Positions 43,367 to 55,203 are shown, numbered from the stretch's first letter. The stretch is 64,000 bases of DNA from Sphingobacteriaceae bacterium (GCA_016709575.1 JADJMM010000012.1:28077-92076); one strand, 5' to 3'. Notes: generated from the letters alone by a model not told the origin. Translations and numbers: made by a program.

Positions 43367-43771
43367 ATGCCTACAATATCACAATTAGTAAGAAAAGGTC
43401 GCAAAAAACCGACCAATAAGAGTAAATCGGCTGCATTAGACTCATGTCCACAGCGCCGTGGAGTTTGTACCCGTGTGTACACTACCACTCCTAAGAAACC
43501 AAACTCTGCAATGCGTAAGGTTGCAAAGGTGCGTTTAACCAATAAGCAAGAGATTATTGCTTATATCCCGGGTGAAGGTCACAACTTGCAAGAGCACAGT
43601 ATCGTGTTAGTGCGTGGTGGTCGTGTTAAAGATTTACCGGGTGTACGTTACCATATTGTTCGCGGAACTTTAGACACTGCAGGTGTTGAAGGACGTAAAC
43701 AACAACGTTCAAAATACGGTACTAAACGTCCTAAAGCCGGTGCTGTTGCAGCTGCCGCTAAAAAGAAATAA
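43367..43771 (+). CDS. rpsL: 30S ribosomal protein S12
   Basis: [12 protein letters not shown]...[11 protein letters not shown]...[14 protein letters not shown]. Confidence 0.97.
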   Translation: MPTISQLVRKGRKKPTNKSKSAALDSCPQRRGVCTRVYTTTPKKPNSAMRKVAKVRLTNKQEIIAYIPGEGHNLQEHSIVLVRGGRVKDLPGVRYHIVRGTLDTAGVEGRKQQRSKYGTKRPKAGAVAAAAKKK

Positions 43772-43803
43772 TTATTAAAAAGTAATATTAGAATTCGTAG
43801 ATA

Positions 43804-44270
43804 ATGAGAAAGTCGAAAGCTAAAAAAAGAGTGTTGTTACCAGATCCAATCTTTAATGATGTATTGGTAACTCGTTTTTAAATAACTTAATGTATGATGG
43901 TAAAAAGAATACCGCTTCAAAAATATTTCATGAAGCTATTGGTATTGTTGCAACCCGTACAAATGAAGATGGTTTAGAAGTTTGGAAAAAAGCTTTAGCA
44001 AACGTTACTCCACAAGTGGAAGTACGTTCACGCCGTGTAGGTGGTGCTACATTCCAAATCCCTTCTGAAATTCGTCCTGACCGTAAAGTGTCAATGGGAA
44101 TTAAGTGGTTAATCCTTTATTCTCGTAAGCGTAACGAAAAATCAATGGCTCATAAATTAGCCGGAGAAATCGTTTCAGCTGCAAAAGAAGAAGGTGCTGC
44201 GTTCAAAAAGAAAGAAGATGTACACAAAATGGCAGAAGCTAACAAAGCATTCTCTCACTTTAGATTTTAA
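43804..44270 (+). CDS. rpsG: 30S ribosomal protein S7 (frameshift in the T run 43875-43879)
   Basis: [25 protein letters not shown] hits a stop. The sequence continues one base off as [16 protein letters not shown]...[10 protein letters not shown]. Confidence 0.93.
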
Positions 44271-44278
44271 TTAATAAC

Positions 44279-46391
44279 ATGAGCGACTTATTATATACAA
44301 GAAATATCGGGATTGCAGCCCACATCGATGCAGGTAAAACTACTTGTACCGAGCGTATTCTTTACTACACAGGTGTAAATCACAAAATTGGTGAGGTTCA
44401 CGATGGTGCTGCAACAATGGATTGGATGGTTCAGGAACAAGAGCGTGGTATCACAATTACCTCTGCAGCTACTACATGTTTCTGGAATTACCGTAACAAT
44501 AAATACAAAGTAAACATTATCGATACTCCGGGTCACGTTGACTTTACAGTTGAGGTGAACCGTTCATTACGTATTCTTGATGGTTTAGTATTCTTATTTT
44601 CTGCAGTTGACGGTGTTGAGCCTCAATCAGAAACTAACTGGCGTTTAGCTGATAATTATAACGTAACCCGTATCGGTTTCGTTAATAAGATGGACCGTCA
44701 AGGTGCTGACTTCTTAAACGTAGTTAAACAAACAAGAGAAATTTTAGGCGGTAATGCTGTTCTATTACAGTTTCCAATTGGTGCTGAAGAAACTTTTATC
44801 GGTGTTGTTGATTTAATTAATAACCGTGGTATGTTTGGAATGAAGCAGATAAAGGTATGACATTTACTGAAGTGCCTATTCCTGATGATATGAAGGATGA
44901 TGTTACTGAGTGGAGAGAGAAATTATTTGAATCAGTTGCTGAATTTGATGATAAAATCATGGAGAAGTTCTTTGACGCTCCTGAAACTATCACTGAACGC
45001 GAAGTTCTAGATGCTTTACGTAAAGCTTGTGTTGCGAATAAAATCGTTCCTATGGTTTGCGGATCTGCATTCAAAAACAAAGGAGTTCAAACTATGTTAG
45101 ACTTGGTAATGGAATTAATGCCATCACCATTAGATAAAAAAGAAACTATCGGTATCAACCCTGATACTGAAGAACAAGTTACCCGTCGTCCTGATCCAAA
45201 AGAACCATTTACAGCTTTAGCATTTAAAATCGCAACCGATCCTTTCGTAGGTCGTTTGTGTTTCTTCCGTGCTTATAGCGGACGTTTAGATGCAGGTTCT
45301 TATGTATTAAATACACGTAGCGGTAATAAAGAGCGTATTTCACGTATTTTCCAAATGCATGCTAACAAGCAAAACCGGTTGAGTTTATCGAAGCTGGTGA
45401 TATTGGAGCTGCAGTAGGATTTAAAGATATTAAAACAGGAGATACACTTTGTGACGAGAAACATCCAATTGTTCTTGAAGCAATGAATTTCCCTGAGCCA
45501 GTTATCGGAATCGCTATTGAGCCTAAAACTCAAGCTGACTTAGATAAATTAGGCGTAGCATTAAATAAATTAGCTGAAGAAGATCCTACTTTCCGCGTTA
45601 AAACGGATGAAGATTCTGGTCAAACTATCGTTTCCGGAATGGGCGAGCTTCACTTAGAAATTATCGTTGACCGTTTACGTCGCGAGTTTAAAGTAGAGGT
45701 TAACCAAGGTGCACCTCAGGTGTCTTATAAAGAGGCAGTTAAGGGTTCAGTAGATCATCGTGAAGTTTACAAAAAACAAACAGGTGGTCGCGGTAAATTC
45801 GCTGATATGAAAGTGACTTTAGGTCCGGTTGATGCTGATTATGACGTATCAAAAGGTGCTTTACAGTTCGTTAACGAGATTACAGGTGGTAACATTCCTC
45901 GTGAATTTATCCCTGCAGTTGAAAAAGGATTTAAAGCTTCATTAAACAATGGTGTTTTAGCAGGATATCCTTTAGTTGGATTAAAAGTTGTATTAACTGA
46001 CGGTTCTTACCATGCGGTTGACTCGGACGCATTATCTTTTGAGATTTGTGCACGTAACGCATTCCGTGAGGCATTAGGAAAATGTGATCCTGTGTTATTA
46101 GAGCCAATCATGAAAATAGAAGTTATCACTCCGGAACAAAACATGGGTGATGTTGTAGGTGACTTGAACCGTCGTCGCGGACAAATTGAAGGTATGGATA
46201 GCAAAGGAACTGCACAAGTTATCAAAGCTAAAGTACCTCTATCTGAGATGTTTGGATATGTTACTCAATTAAGAACTTTAACGTCAGGCCGTGCATCATC
46301 TACTATGGAATTCTCTCATTATAACGAGACTCCGGCAGGTATCGCAGCTGATGTAATTTCAAAAGCAAAAGGTAAAGCAGAAAAAGTTTAA
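44279..46391 (+). CDS. fusA: Elongation factor G (two frameshifts, near 44831 and at CC 45375-45376)
   Basis: [22 protein letters not shown] and NKMDR are in ORF 1. ORFs 2 and 3 are collinear ([11 protein letters not shown]...; [16 protein letters not shown]...GELHLEI...). Confidence 0.95.
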
Positions 46392-46415
46392 TTAATAAAG
46401 GTTTTTAGATATACA

Positions 46416-46721
46416 ATGAGCCAAAGAATAAGAATAAAACTAAAATCGTACGATTTCAACTTAGTTGACAAATCGGCTGAGAAAATCGTGAAAACTGTAA
46501 AAGCTACAGGTGCTGTTGTTAATGGTCCAATTCCATTACCTACTCACAAACGTATTTTCACTGTGTTAAATGCACCACACGTTAACAAAAAAGCGCGTGA
46601 TCAGTTCCAATTATGCTCTTACAAGCGTTTGTTAGACATCTACAGTTCATCATCAAAAACTGTTGACGCGTTAATGAAACTTGAATTGCCTAGCGGTGTT
46701 GAGGTTGAAATTAAAGTTTAA
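46416..46721 (+). CDS. rpsJ: 30S ribosomal protein S10
   Basis: IRIKLKSYD...GPIPLPT...[15 protein letters not shown]. Confidence 0.95.
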   Translation: MSQRIRIKLKSYDFNLVDKSAEKIVKTVKATGAVVNGPIPLPTHKRIFTVLNAPHVNKKARDQFQLCSYKRLLDIYSSSSKTVDALMKLELPSGVEVEIKV

Positions 46722-46787
46722 AAGAGTTGAGCGAATTAGTTTATAACTAGATAATTAAGTAAATAAAAACAATAAATAAAAAGTAAA

Positions 46788-47411
46788 ATGTCAGGATTAA
46801 TTGGTAAAAAAATAGGAATGACCAGCTTCTTCGATGCCAATGGCAAGTATGTGCCATGCACAGTTATTGAGGCGGGTCCTTGTGTTGTTACGCAAGTAAA
46901 AACCAATGAAAAAGACGGTTACACAGCATTACAATTGTCGTTCGATGAGAAGAAAGAAAAAAACACATCGGCTGCAATGAAAAAACACTTTGAATTGGCT
47001 AAAACCACTCCAAAGCGTAAAGTTGTTGAGTTCCGCCATTTTGAAGTTGAGAAAAATTTAGGAGATGTAATTACAGCAGACCTTTTCGTTGAAGGCGATT
47101 TCGTTGATGTAATTGGTACTTCAAAAGGTAAAGGTTTCCAAGGGGTTGTAAAACGTCACGGATTCAGTGGAGTAGGTCACGCTAATAAATCTCACGGTCA
47201 GCACGATCGTGAACGTGCTCCTGGTTCATTAGGCGCATCTTCAGATCCATCACGCGTATTAAAAGGTGTTCGTATGGGTGGAAGAATGGGTGGTAACCGT
47301 AAAAAAGTTCAGAACTTACAAATAGTAAAAGTAATGGCCGATAAGAATGTAATCTTAGTAAAAGGTTCTATTCCGGGTGCCAAAGGGTCTTACGTTTTAA
47401 TCGAGAAGTAA
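46788..47411 (+). CDS. rplC: 50S ribosomal protein L3
   Basis: [13 protein letters not shown]...[14 protein letters not shown]. Confidence 0.95.
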   Translation: MSGLIGKKIGMTSFFDANGKYVPCTVIEAGPCVVTQVKTNEKDGYTALQLSFDEKKEKNTSAAMKKHFELAKTTPKRKVVEFRHFEVEKNLGDVITADLFVEGDFVDVIGTSKGKGFQGVVKRHGFSGVGHANKSHGQHDRERAPGSLGASSDPSRVLKGVRMGGRMGGNRKKVQNLQIVKVMADKNVILVKGSIPGAKGSYVLIEK

Positions 47412-47413
47412 TC

Positions 47414-48043
47414 ATGCAAGTAGAAGTATTAAACATAAGTGGTAAAAAAACAGCTAAGAAAGTTGACTTAGCAGACGCTGTATTTGCAGCGGAGCCAAAC
47501 GACCACAGTATATATCTTGACATTAAAAGCTATTTAGCTAACCAGCGTCAAGGTACTCACAAGTCGAAAGAACGTGCTGAAATTGCGCGTACAACTAAGA
47601 AATTAAAAAACCAAAAAGGTACTGGTGGAGCTCGTGCGGGTTCAATGAAATCACCTGTATTTATTGGTGGCGGCCGTGCATTCGGTCCGCGCCCACGCGA
47701 TTACTCTTTTAAATTAAATAAAAAGGTAAAAGCTTTAGCGCGTATCTCTGCCTTATCATACAAACCAAAAGAAAATGCTATCACTGTGTTAGAAGATTTT
47801 TCATTCGACGCTCCAAAAACAAAGAGCTACACTGATTTAATGAAAAACTTAAACATGGATGGTAAAAAAACATTGTTAGTATTAGGTAACGCTAACAGTA
47901 ACGTGTATTTATCATCTCGCAACATTCAAAAAGCGAAAGTGGTGAACGCATCAGATTTAAATACTTATGATATTTTAAATGCAGACAATTTAATTTTATC
48001 AGAGAGCTCAGTTAAAGTAATTGAAACAATTTTAAATAAGTAA
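47414..48043 (+). CDS. rplD: 50S ribosomal protein L4
   Basis: Position after rplC, plus [13 protein letters not shown]...GGGRAFGP. Confidence 0.93.
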   Translation: MQVEVLNISGKKTAKKVDLADAVFAAEPNDHSIYLDIKSYLANQRQGTHKSKERAEIARTTKKLKNQKGTGGARAGSMKSPVFIGGGRAFGPRPRDYSFKLNKKVKALARISALSYKPKENAITVLEDFSFDAPKTKSYTDLMKNLNMDGKKTLLVLGNANSNVYLSSRNIQKAKVVNASDLNTYDILNADNLILSESSVKVIETILNK

Positions 48044-48044
48044 A

Positions 48045-48335
48045 ATGGGAATTTTAATTAAACCTATAATTACCGAAAAGATTACATCTCAATCTGAGAA
48101 GTTTAATCGCTATGGTTTTGTAGTAAGTAAGGAAGCCAATAAGTTGGAAATTAAATCGGCAATCGAAAAGATGTACGGTGTGAAAGTTGACTCTGTTAAC
48201 ACACAACAATACATTGGTAAAGTAAAAAGCCGTAATACAACTCGTGGTGTGGCTATTGGCCGCGTTAATCGCAGCAAAAAAGCTATTGTAACATTGAAAA
48301 AAGGTGAAGTAATAGATTTTTACGCAAGTATTTAA
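48045..48335 (+). CDS. rplW: 50S ribosomal protein L23
   Basis: IKPIITEK...EIKSAIEKMYGVKV, and operon position. Confidence 0.93.
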   Translation: MGILIKPIITEKITSQSEKFNRYGFVVSKEANKLEIKSAIEKMYGVKVDSVNTQQYIGKVKSRNTTRGVAIGRVNRSKKAIVTLKKGEVIDFYASI

Positions 48336-48354
48336 TTAGTAAAAAAGATTAGAA

Positions 48355-49185
48355 ATGGGATTAAAAAAGTATAGACCGTTAACGCCAAGTTTGAGATATA
48401 AATTATCTTCAGACAATAAGGATATTACAGTTGACAACCAACCGGAAAAAAGTTTAGTTACTTCAACTAACAAACGTTCTGGTGGTCGTAACAACTCAGG
48501 TAAAATGACTATGCGCTACATTGGTGGCGGTCATAAAAAACAATATCGTATTATCGATTTCAAACGCGATAAAGACGGAATTGAAGGAACAGTAAAAACT
48601 ATCGAATACGATCCAAATCGTACTGCACGTATCGCTCTAATCGTTTACAAAGACGGTGAGAAACGTTACATCGTAGCACCACAAGGATTAGAAGTTGGTA
48701 AAAAAATAATGTCAGGTACTAAAGCAACACCGGAAGTTGGTAACACTTTATTCTTATCTGATGTTCCATTAGGTACAATCATTCACAATGTTGAATTACG
48801 TCCCGGACAAGGTGCAGCTTTAGCTCGTAGCGCAGGTTCTTATGCTCAGTTAACTGCTCGTGAAGGTAAGTATGCAGTATTACGCATGCCTTCAGGTGAG
48901 GTTCGTATGATTTTAATTACTTGTAAAGCTACAGTTGGTGCAGTATCAAATCCTGACCACAACTTAGAAGTACACGGTAAAGCAGGTCGTAAACGTTGGT
49001 TAGGTGTACGTCCACGTACAAGGCCAGTTGCAATGAACCCGGTAGATCACCCTATGGGTGGTGGTGAAGGTCGTGCTTCAGGTGGTCACCCACGTTCTCG
49101 TAAAGGTTTACCTGCAAAAGGATTTAAAACCCGTTACAAAGCAAAAGCAAGTAACAAACACATTATCGAAAGAAGAAAAAAATAA
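48355..49185 (+). CDS. rplB: 50S ribosomal protein L2
   Basis: [15 protein letters not shown]...[15 protein letters not shown]...HPMGGGEGR. Confidence 0.96.
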   Translation: MGLKKYRPLTPSLRYKLSSDNKDITVDNQPEKSLVTSTNKRSGGRNNSGKMTMRYIGGGHKKQYRIIDFKRDKDGIEGTVKTIEYDPNRTARIALIVYKDGEKRYIVAPQGLEVGKKIMSGTKATPEVGNTLFLSDVPLGTIIHNVELRPGQGAALARSAGSYAQLTAREGKYAVLRMPSGEVRMILITCKATVGAVSNPDHNLEVHGKAGRKRWLGVRPRTRPVAMNPVDHPMGGGEGRASGGHPRSRKGLPAKGFKTRYKAKASNKHIIERRKK

Positions 49186-49246
49186 TAATATAAACGTTTA
49201 ATGGTGGCGAGTTAGCCTCGACATTCAAAACTAAAAAAGAAAAGAA

Positions 49247-49543
49247 ATGGCAAGATCACTGAAAAAAGGACCCTTTATCGACCACAACTTGTGGGATAAA
49301 GTAGAAAAAATGAACGCCGGAAGTAAAAAATCGGTTATTAAAACTTGGGCACGTCGTTGTACTATTCCACCGGAATTCGTTGGACATACTTTTGCAGTAC
49401 ACAATGGTGCTAAGTTTATCCCGGTTTATGTAACTGAAAACATGGTTGGACATAAATTAGGTGAATTTGCTTTAACACGTGTGTTTAAAGGTCACGCGGG
49501 TCACAACAAAGGAGCTGCAGCAACACCGGCTAAAAAATCATAA
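49247..49543 (+). CDS. rpsS: 30S ribosomal protein S19
   Basis: ARSLKKGPF...[26 protein letters not shown]. Confidence 0.95.
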   Translation: MARSLKKGPFIDHNLWDKVEKMNAGSKKSVIKTWARRCTIPPEFVGHTFAVHNGAKFIPVYVTENMVGHKLGEFALTRVFKGHAGHNKGAAATPAKKS

Positions 49544-49572
49544 GAATTATATAAGTATTAAGATATATTACA

Positions 49573-49977
49573 ATGGGTAAAAGAAAAAGATTAGTAGCAG
49601 ACGCTCGCAAGGAAGCAAATAAGACAACTTATTTCGCCAAGTTGAACGATTGTCCTACATCTCCTCGTAAAATGAACCAAGTTGCAGACTTAGTTCGCGG
49701 CATGGATGTTTATAAAGCATTAAGCGTATTAAAATTTAATACTCGTGAAGCTTCAGGACGTTTAGAGAAATTATTGAAATCAGCTATCGCTAACTACGAA
49801 GCAAAAACAGGTGCTCGTCCTGATGACGATACTTTATTTGTAAAAACAATTGTGGTTGACAGTGCTTTTCAATTAAAGCGTTTACGTACTGCGCCTCAAG
49901 GCCGTGGTTACAGAATCAGTAAGCGTTCAAATCACGTTACTTTAATATTAGACACAAAAAAATTAGATAAAAAATAA
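49573..49977 (+). CDS. rplV: 50S ribosomal protein L22
   Basis: [14 protein letters not shown]...[23 protein letters not shown]. Confidence 0.94.
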   Translation: MGKRKRLVADARKEANKTTYFAKLNDCPTSPRKMNQVADLVRGMDVYKALSVLKFNTREASGRLEKLLKSAIANYEAKTGARPDDDTLFVKTIVVDSAFQLKRLRTAPQGRGYRISKRSNHVTLILDTKKLDKK

Positions 49978-49978
49978 G

Positions 49979-50707
49979 ATGGGACAAAAAGTTAATCCAA
50001 TAGGTTTTCGTTTAGGAATCGTTAAAGGCTGGGACTCTAACTGGTACGGTGGAAGAGACTATTCTGAGAAATTGGTTGAAGATGATAAAATCAGAACCTA
50101 TTTAAAAGCGCGTTTAGCAAAAGGAAGTATTTCTAAAATTGTTATTGAGCGTACTTTAAAATTAGTTACAGTAACTATCAATACAGCTCGTCCGGGTATC
50201 ATTATCGGAAAAGGCGGTAAAGAAGTTGATAAATTGAAAGAAGAGTTAAAGAAATTAACTAAGAAAGAAGTTCAAATCAACATATTCGAAATTAAACGTC
50301 CGGAAACTGATGCACGTATTGTTGCTGACAGTATTGCCCGTCAAATTGAAGGTCGTATTTCATTCCGTCGTGCAGCTAAAATGAGTATGGCTTCAACCAT
50401 GCGCATGGGTGCAGAAGGAATTAAGATAAAAGTATCAGGTCGTTTAGGTGGTGCTGAAATGGCACGTACTGAAGGCTACAAAGAGGGGCGTACACCGTTA
50501 CATACGCTTCGCGCTGATATTGATTACGCAGTAGCAGAAGCTCACACATCTTATGGCCGTATTGGTGTTAAGGTTTGGATTTGCAAAGGCGAAATTTTTG
50601 GTAAACGTGATTTATCACCAAACATTGGCTTAGCAAAAGAAAAGAAGGGTCCTGCAACACCAAAATTTGGTGGCGGTAAGAAAAAAGGTAAAAGAGAAGA
50701 TAAATAA
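49979..50707 (+). CDS. rpsC: 30S ribosomal protein S3
   Basis: [13 protein letters not shown]...KH domain...[12 protein letters not shown]. Confidence 0.96.
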   Translation: MGQKVNPIGFRLGIVKGWDSNWYGGRDYSEKLVEDDKIRTYLKARLAKGSISKIVIERTLKLVTVTINTARPGIIIGKGGKEVDKLKEELKKLTKKEVQINIFEIKRPETDARIVADSIARQIEGRISFRRAAKMSMASTMRMGAEGIKIKVSGRLGGAEMARTEGYKEGRTPLHTLRADIDYAVAEAHTSYGRIGVKVWICKGEIFGKRDLSPNIGLAKEKKGPATPKFGGGKKKGKREDK

Positions 50708-50739
50708 TTGAGGTTTTAAAGAATTAAAGATTTTATAAG

Positions 50740-51169
50740 ATGTTACAACCGAAAAGAACGAAGTTCAGGAAATCGCAAAAAATGAAAATGAAAGGCAACG
50801 CCAAACGTGGCGATCAATTAGCCTTTGGTTTATTTGGTATTAAAGCACAAGAAGGTACTTGGGTTACAGCCCGTCAAATTGAAGCGGCCCGTATTGCCAT
50901 CACTCGTTTCATGAAACGTGAAGGTCAAGTTTGGATCCGCGTATTCCCCTGATAAACCAATTACTCGTAAACCGGCTGAGGTTCGTATGGGTAAAGGTAA
51001 AGGTGCTCCTGAATATTGGGTAGCTCCTGTAAAACCAGGACGTATTATTTTTGAAGCAGAAGGTGTTTCTATCGAAGTAGCAAAAGAAGCATTACGTCTT
51101 GCAGCACAAAAATTACCAATTGTTACAAAATTTGTAGTTAGAAAAGATTACAGAGCTAACGAAGCTTAA
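50740..51169 (+). CDS. rplP: 50S ribosomal protein L16 (frameshift in the C run 50946-50949)
   Basis: [11 protein letters not shown]...[11 protein letters not shown]...VWIRVFP, then [19 protein letters not shown] in the next frame. Confidence 0.94.
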
Positions 51170-51180
51170 TAAATTTTAAA

Positions 51181-51384
51181 ATGAAAAATAAAGACATCAT
51201 AGCATTATCAGATCAGGAATTGATCGATAAAGTAAAAGAAGAAAAAGCAGCTTTAGGTAAGTTAAAGTTGAATCATAATGTTTCTCCAATCGAGAATCCA
51301 ATTAAGATTCGCGACAACCGCAAAGTGGTTGCCCGTTTACAAACTGAAGCTACAAAACGTAAAAACGCAAAAGCAGCAAAATAA
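51181..51384 (+). CDS. rpmC: 50S ribosomal protein L29
   Basis: 67 aa, LSDQELIDKVKEEKAALGKLKLNH, and operon position. Confidence 0.9.
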   Translation: MKNKDIIALSDQELIDKVKEEKAALGKLKLNHNVSPIENPIKIRDNRKVVARLQTEATKRKNAKAAK

Positions 51385-51400
51385 TTAAGATACCATTACA

Positions 51401-51658
51401 ATGGAAGAAAGAAATTTAAGAAAAGAAAAAACAGGTGTAGTAACCAGCAACAAAATGAATAAATCAATTGTTGTAGCGGTTATGCGTAAAGTAAAACACC
51501 CGAAATACGGTAAGTTCGTAAACAAAACTTCGAAATTCGTTGCACACGACGAAAAAAACGAATGTAATATTGGCGACACCGTTACTATTATGGAAACACG
51601 TCCGTTAAGCAAAACAAAAAACTGGCGTTTAGTTTCAATTTTAGAAAGAGTTAAATAA
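51401..51658 (+). CDS. rpsQ: 30S ribosomal protein S17
   Basis: [19 protein letters not shown]...HPKYGK...HDE.N.C..GD.V.I.ETRPLSK.K.W. Confidence 0.94.
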   Translation: MEERNLRKEKTGVVTSNKMNKSIVVAVMRKVKHPKYGKFVNKTSKFVAHDEKNECNIGDTVTIMETRPLSKTKNWRLVSILERVK

Positions 51659-51686
51659 TTTTTGGATCTGTTAATAAGAAAATAAA

Positions 51687-52055
51687 ATGATACAAAACGA
51701 ATCAAGATTAACTGTAGCTGATAATAGCGGTGCCAAAGAAGTGTTGGTAATTCGCGTATTAGGTGGTACACGCAAACGTTACGCTTCAATTGGCGATAAA
51801 GTTGTAGTTACAGTTAAACACGCAATGCCATCAGGCAACGTAAAAAAAGGAACAGTAAGTAAAACTGTAATTGTTAGAACCCGTAAAGAAATCCGTCGTA
51901 ATGATGGTTCTTATATCCGTTTTGATGATAATGCAGTAGTGTTATTAAGCGGCACTGACGAAATTCGTGGTACACGTATTTTCGGACCGGTTGCTCGTGA
52001 ATTACGCGATAAACAATTTATGAAAATTATTTCATTAGCACCAGAAGTGCTGTAA
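51687..52055 (+). CDS. rplN: 50S ribosomal protein L14
   Basis: [18 protein letters not shown]...IRFDDNA.VL...[13 protein letters not shown]. Confidence 0.96.
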   Translation: MIQNESRLTVADNSGAKEVLVIRVLGGTRKRYASIGDKVVVTVKHAMPSGNVKKGTVSKTVIVRTRKEIRRNDGSYIRFDDNAVVLLSGTDEIRGTRIFGPVARELRDKQFMKIISLAPEVL

Positions 52056-52068
52056 TAAAAACGATATC

Positions 52069-52385
52069 ATGTCAAAGTTAAAATTAAAAAAAGGCGATAC
52101 AGTAAGAGTGATTTCCGGCGAGTCGAGAGGACAAGAAGGAAAAATCATTTCTATTGATACAAAAAATCTCGTGTATTGGTTGAAGGTGTTAATATGATTA
52201 GCAAACACACAAAACCAAATGCAACAAGCACTAACGGCGGTATTACTAAACAAGAAGGTTCAGTACACATTTCACACGTGATCTTTGTTGAAGGTGGAAA
52301 AACAGTTCGTATTGGTCGTACAATTGATGAAAAAACTAAAAACACAGTACGTATCTCTAAAAAAACTAAGGAGGTAATTAAATAA
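52069..52385 (+). CDS. rplX: 50S ribosomal protein L24 (frameshift in the A run 52161-52166)
   Basis: [32 protein letters not shown], then [16 protein letters not shown]... in ORF 52176-52385. Confidence 0.92.
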
Positions 52386-52942
52386 TGGCAACAAAAACGT
52401 ATCAACCGAGGTTAAAAACCAAATACAGCTCTGAGATTGCAAAAAATCTTATGACAAGCTTTAATTACTCAACTGTAATGCAAGTTCCAAAATTGGAAAA
52501 AATTTGTATCAATCAGGGTGTAGGCGATGCTGTATCCGATAAAAAAATGATTGAATCTGCAGTGAAAGAAATGACTACTATCACAGGTCAAAAAGCTGTC
52601 CCTACTTATTCATCAAAAGATATTTCAAACTTTAAATTACGTAAAGGCGTAGCAATTGGCGTTCGTGTAACATTACGCGGCGACAAAATGTACGAATTCC
52701 TTGATCGTTTGGTAGCTTCAGCTTTACCACGTATCCGTGATTTTAAAGGTATTAATGGTAAAGGTTTTGATGGCCATGGTAACTACACTTTAGGTATTAC
52801 TGAGCAAATCATTTTCCCTGAAATCGATATCGATAAAGTAAGCAAGATTAATGGTATGGATATTACGTTTGTAACATCTGCACCAACTGATAAAGAAGCA
52901 CAAGCATTATTAACTGAATTTGGATTACCGTTTAAAAAATAA
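52385..52942 (+). CDS. rplE: 50S ribosomal protein L5
   Basis: PRLKTKY...[14 protein letters not shown]...[16 protein letters not shown]. The start overlaps the rplX stop as TAATG. Confidence 0.95.
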   Translation: MATKTYQPRLKTKYSSEIAKNLMTSFNYSTVMQVPKLEKICINQGVGDAVSDKKMIESAVKEMTTITGQKAVPTYSSKDISNFKLRKGVAIGVRVTLRGDKMYEFLDRLVASALPRIRDFKGINGKGFDGHGNYTLGITEQIIFPEIDIDKVSKINGMDITFVTSAPTDKEAQALLTEFGLPFKK

Positions 52943-52945
52943 GAA

Positions 52946-53215
52946 ATGGCAAAAGAATCAATGAAGGCCCGTGAGGTCAAACGTAAAAGATTAGCAGATA
53001 AGTACGCTGCAAAACGTGAAGAACTAAAAAAAGCAAATGACCAATTAGGTTTGCAAAAGTTACCACGCAACTCGTCTCCGGTAAGGGGTCGTAACCGTTG
53101 TAAGTTAACTGGCCGTCCTCGTGGTTACATGCGTCAGTTCGGTGTTAGTCGTGTTACTTTCCGCGAAATGGTGTTGTTTGGTTTAATCCCGGGCTTAACT
53201 AAATCTAGCTGGTAG
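52946..53215 (+). CDS. rpsN: 30S ribosomal protein S14
   Basis: [13 protein letters not shown]...[25 protein letters not shown]...PGLTKSSW. Confidence 0.94.
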   Translation: MAKESMKAREVKRKRLADKYAAKREELKKANDQLGLQKLPRNSSPVRGRNRCKLTGRPRGYMRQFGVSRVTFREMVLFGLIPGLTKSSW

Positions 53216-53280
53216 TAAATAAAAAAGAGTATTAATGTATAATTATCCTGCAAGCGGGATAAGATATAAAAAATAAAAAA

Positions 53281-53679
53281 ATGACAGATTCAATTTCAGA
53301 TTACTTGACCCGCGTAAGAAACGCGATCACTGCAAACCACAGAGTGGTTGAAGTACCGGCATCTAACCTTAAAAAAGAAATCACAAAGATTCTTTTTGAT
53401 AAAGGTTATATCCTAAACTACAAGTTCGAAACGAACGAGAAAAAACATAACATAATTAAAATAGCATTAAAGTACCATCCGGTAACTAAATTATCGGCTA
53501 TCCGTTCTTTAGATCGCGTTTCTTCACCAGGTTTACGTACGTACGCAGGTGTTGCTAACATGCCTAGAGTATTAAACGGATTAGGTATTGCCATCATTTC
53601 AACTTCTAAAGGTGTTATGACCGATAAAGAAGCGAAATCACAAAATGTGGGTGGTGAAGTTTTATGTTATATTTCTTAA
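53281..53679 (+). CDS. rpsH: 30S ribosomal protein S8
   Basis: TDSISDYLTRVRNA...SSPGLR.Y...GIAIISTSKGVMTDKEA...GGEVLCY. Confidence 0.95.
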   Translation: MTDSISDYLTRVRNAITANHRVVEVPASNLKKEITKILFDKGYILNYKFETNEKKHNIIKIALKYHPVTKLSAIRSLDRVSSPGLRTYAGVANMPRVLNGLGIAIISTSKGVMTDKEAKSQNVGGEVLCYIS

Positions 53680-53702
53680 TTTAAATACGGAGGAAAGAAA
53701 AC

Positions 53703-54257
53703 ATGTCACGAATAGGAAAAGCACCAATAACAATACCTCAAGGAGTTGAAGTAAATATTGCCAATGGATTGGTAACTGTTAAAGGAAAAAAAGGAACATT
53801 AACTCAAAAAGTTGATGCAGATATTACTGTTGCAATTGCTGATGGTGTAATTACATTATCACGTCCAACAGACCATAAGCGTCACCGTTCATTACACGGT
53901 TTATACCGCGCTTTAATTGCTAATATGATTAAAGGTGTTAGCGATGGTTACAAAACTGAACAGGAATTAGTGGGTGTGGGTTACCGCGCTTCAAACAAAG
54001 GACAAATGTTAGAGTTATCGTTAGGTTACTCTCACAACATCAACTTTGAATTACCTGCAGAAATTAAAGTTACTACTGTTACTGAAAAAGGGGCAAACCC
54101 AAAAGTAATTTTAGAAAGCCACGATAAAGCACTTATCGGAATGGTAGCTGCAAAAATACGCTCGTTACGTAAACCTGAACCATACAAAGGAAAAGGTATT
54201 AAGTTCGCAGGTGAGATTTTACGTCGTAAGGCAGGTAAATCAGCAGCTAAAAAATAA
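53703..54257 (+). CDS. rplF: 50S ribosomal protein L6
   Basis: MSRIGKAPITIPQGVEV...VGVGYRA...EPYKGKGI. Confidence 0.95.
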   Translation: MSRIGKAPITIPQGVEVNIANGLVTVKGKKGTLTQKVDADITVAIADGVITLSRPTDHKRHRSLHGLYRALIANMIKGVSDGYKTEQELVGVGYRASNKGQMLELSLGYSHNINFELPAEIKVTTVTEKGANPKVILESHDKALIGMVAAKIRSLRKPEPYKGKGIKFAGEILRRKAGKSAAKK

Positions 54258-54265
54258 TTAAATTA

Positions 54266-54287
54266 AAATCCCGATAGCTATCGGGAC
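54266..54287. repeat. Palindromic element AAATCCCGATAGCTATCGGGAC in the rplF-rplR spacer, with an identical copy at 63572-63593
   Basis: The core is an 18-nt perfect palindrome TCCCGATAGCTATCGGGA (54269-54286). The same 22-mer occurs at 63572-63593. Confidence 0.8.
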
Positions 54288-54301
54288 TAAAAAATAGAAA
54301 A

Positions 54302-54658
54302 ATGGCATTAAGTAAAGAAGAAAGAAGACAACGAATTAAACACAGAATTCGCAAAACTGTAAAGGGAACTAATGAGTCTCCACGTTTGTGTGTTTACCGT
54401 AGTAATAACGAAATATACGCTCAGCTAATTGACGATAAAGCAGGAAAAACTTTATTATCTGCAGCTTCAAGCGATAAAGCATTTAAATCTACTAAAGCAA
54501 ACAAGTCTGAAATGGCGAAGTTGGTTGGTAAGCACATTGCAGAAAAAGCAATCACTGCAGGTATTAAAGCTGTAACGTTCGATCGTAACGGTTATTTATA
54601 TCACGGTCGTGTTAAATCATTAGCAGAAGGTGCTCGCGAAGGCGGACTTAAGTTTTAA
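54302..54658 (+). CDS. rplR: 50S ribosomal protein L18
   Basis: [11 protein letters not shown]...[17 protein letters not shown]...[23 protein letters not shown]. Confidence 0.95.
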   Translation: MALSKEERRQRIKHRIRKTVKGTNESPRLCVYRSNNEIYAQLIDDKAGKTLLSAASSDKAFKSTKANKSEMAKLVGKHIAEKAITAGIKAVTFDRNGYLYHGRVKSLAEGAREGGLKF

Positions 54659-54684
54659 TCAGTAATTAAAAAATTAGAAATAAA

Positions 54685-55203
54685 ATGTCAACAGAAGTTG
54701 TAAAAAAAGTAAAATCAAGCGAAATCGAACTAAAAGATAAGTTAGTTGCGATACAGCGTGTAACAAAAGTTACAAAGGGTGGTCGTCACTTTAGTTTTGC
54801 TGCTATAGTAGTTGTAGGTAACGAAAAAGGCGTAGTAGGTCAAGGCTTAGGTAAAGCTAACGAGGTTACTGATGCAATTACAAAAGGTATCGAAGATGCT
54901 AAAAAGAGTCTTGTAAAAGTGGCTATTCTTAACGGAACAGTTCCACACGCACAAGAAGGTAAATTTGGCGGTGCTCGCGTATTTTTAAAACCTGCTGCTC
55001 ATGGTACTGGTGTAATTGCCGGTGGTGCGATGCGTGCAGTATTAGAGAGCGTTGGTGTTACAGACGTATTAGCAAAATCAAAAGGTTCATCTAATCCTCA
55101 CAACGTGGTTAAAGCTACTTTGGATGCATTAATGAAAATGCGTGATGCTGTTACTGTAGCTCGTCAACGTGGTATTTCTTTAGATAGAGTGTTTAACGGT
55201 TAA
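54685..55203 (+). CDS. rpsE: 30S ribosomal protein S5
   Basis: [32 protein letters not shown]...GTGVIAGG. Confidence 0.95.
   Translation: MSTEVVKKVKSSEIELKDKLVAIQRVTKVTKGGRHFSFAAIVVVGNEKGVVGQGLGKANEVTDAITKGIEDAKKSLVKVAILNGTVPHAQEGKFGGARVFLKPAAHGTGVIAGGAMRAVLESVGVTDVLAKSKGSSNPHNVVKATLDALMKMRDAVTVARQRGISLDRVFNG

Noticed and set aside
46391-46416. An expected tuf (EF-Tu) gene after fusA, and map/adk after secY, as in the E. coli str and spc operons.
   Set aside because: They are simply absent. fusA is followed after 24 nt by rpsJ, and secY after 3 nt by infA. This matches the usual Bacteroidota arrangement, so it is not an anomaly.
51385-51789. 134-aa ORF antisense to rpsQ/rplN. Similar antisense or shadow ORFs lie at 496-702, 1783-1974, 5638-5835, 10749-11102, 17485-17847, 25905-26231, 44291-44536, 46007-46225, 52783-53070, 56318-56620, 57930-58184 and 60284-60487.
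   Set aside because: Each lies opposite a gene with clear homology-type motifs. They have low-complexity or odd composition and no recognisable motifs. They are typical shadow ORFs of AT-rich coding DNA.
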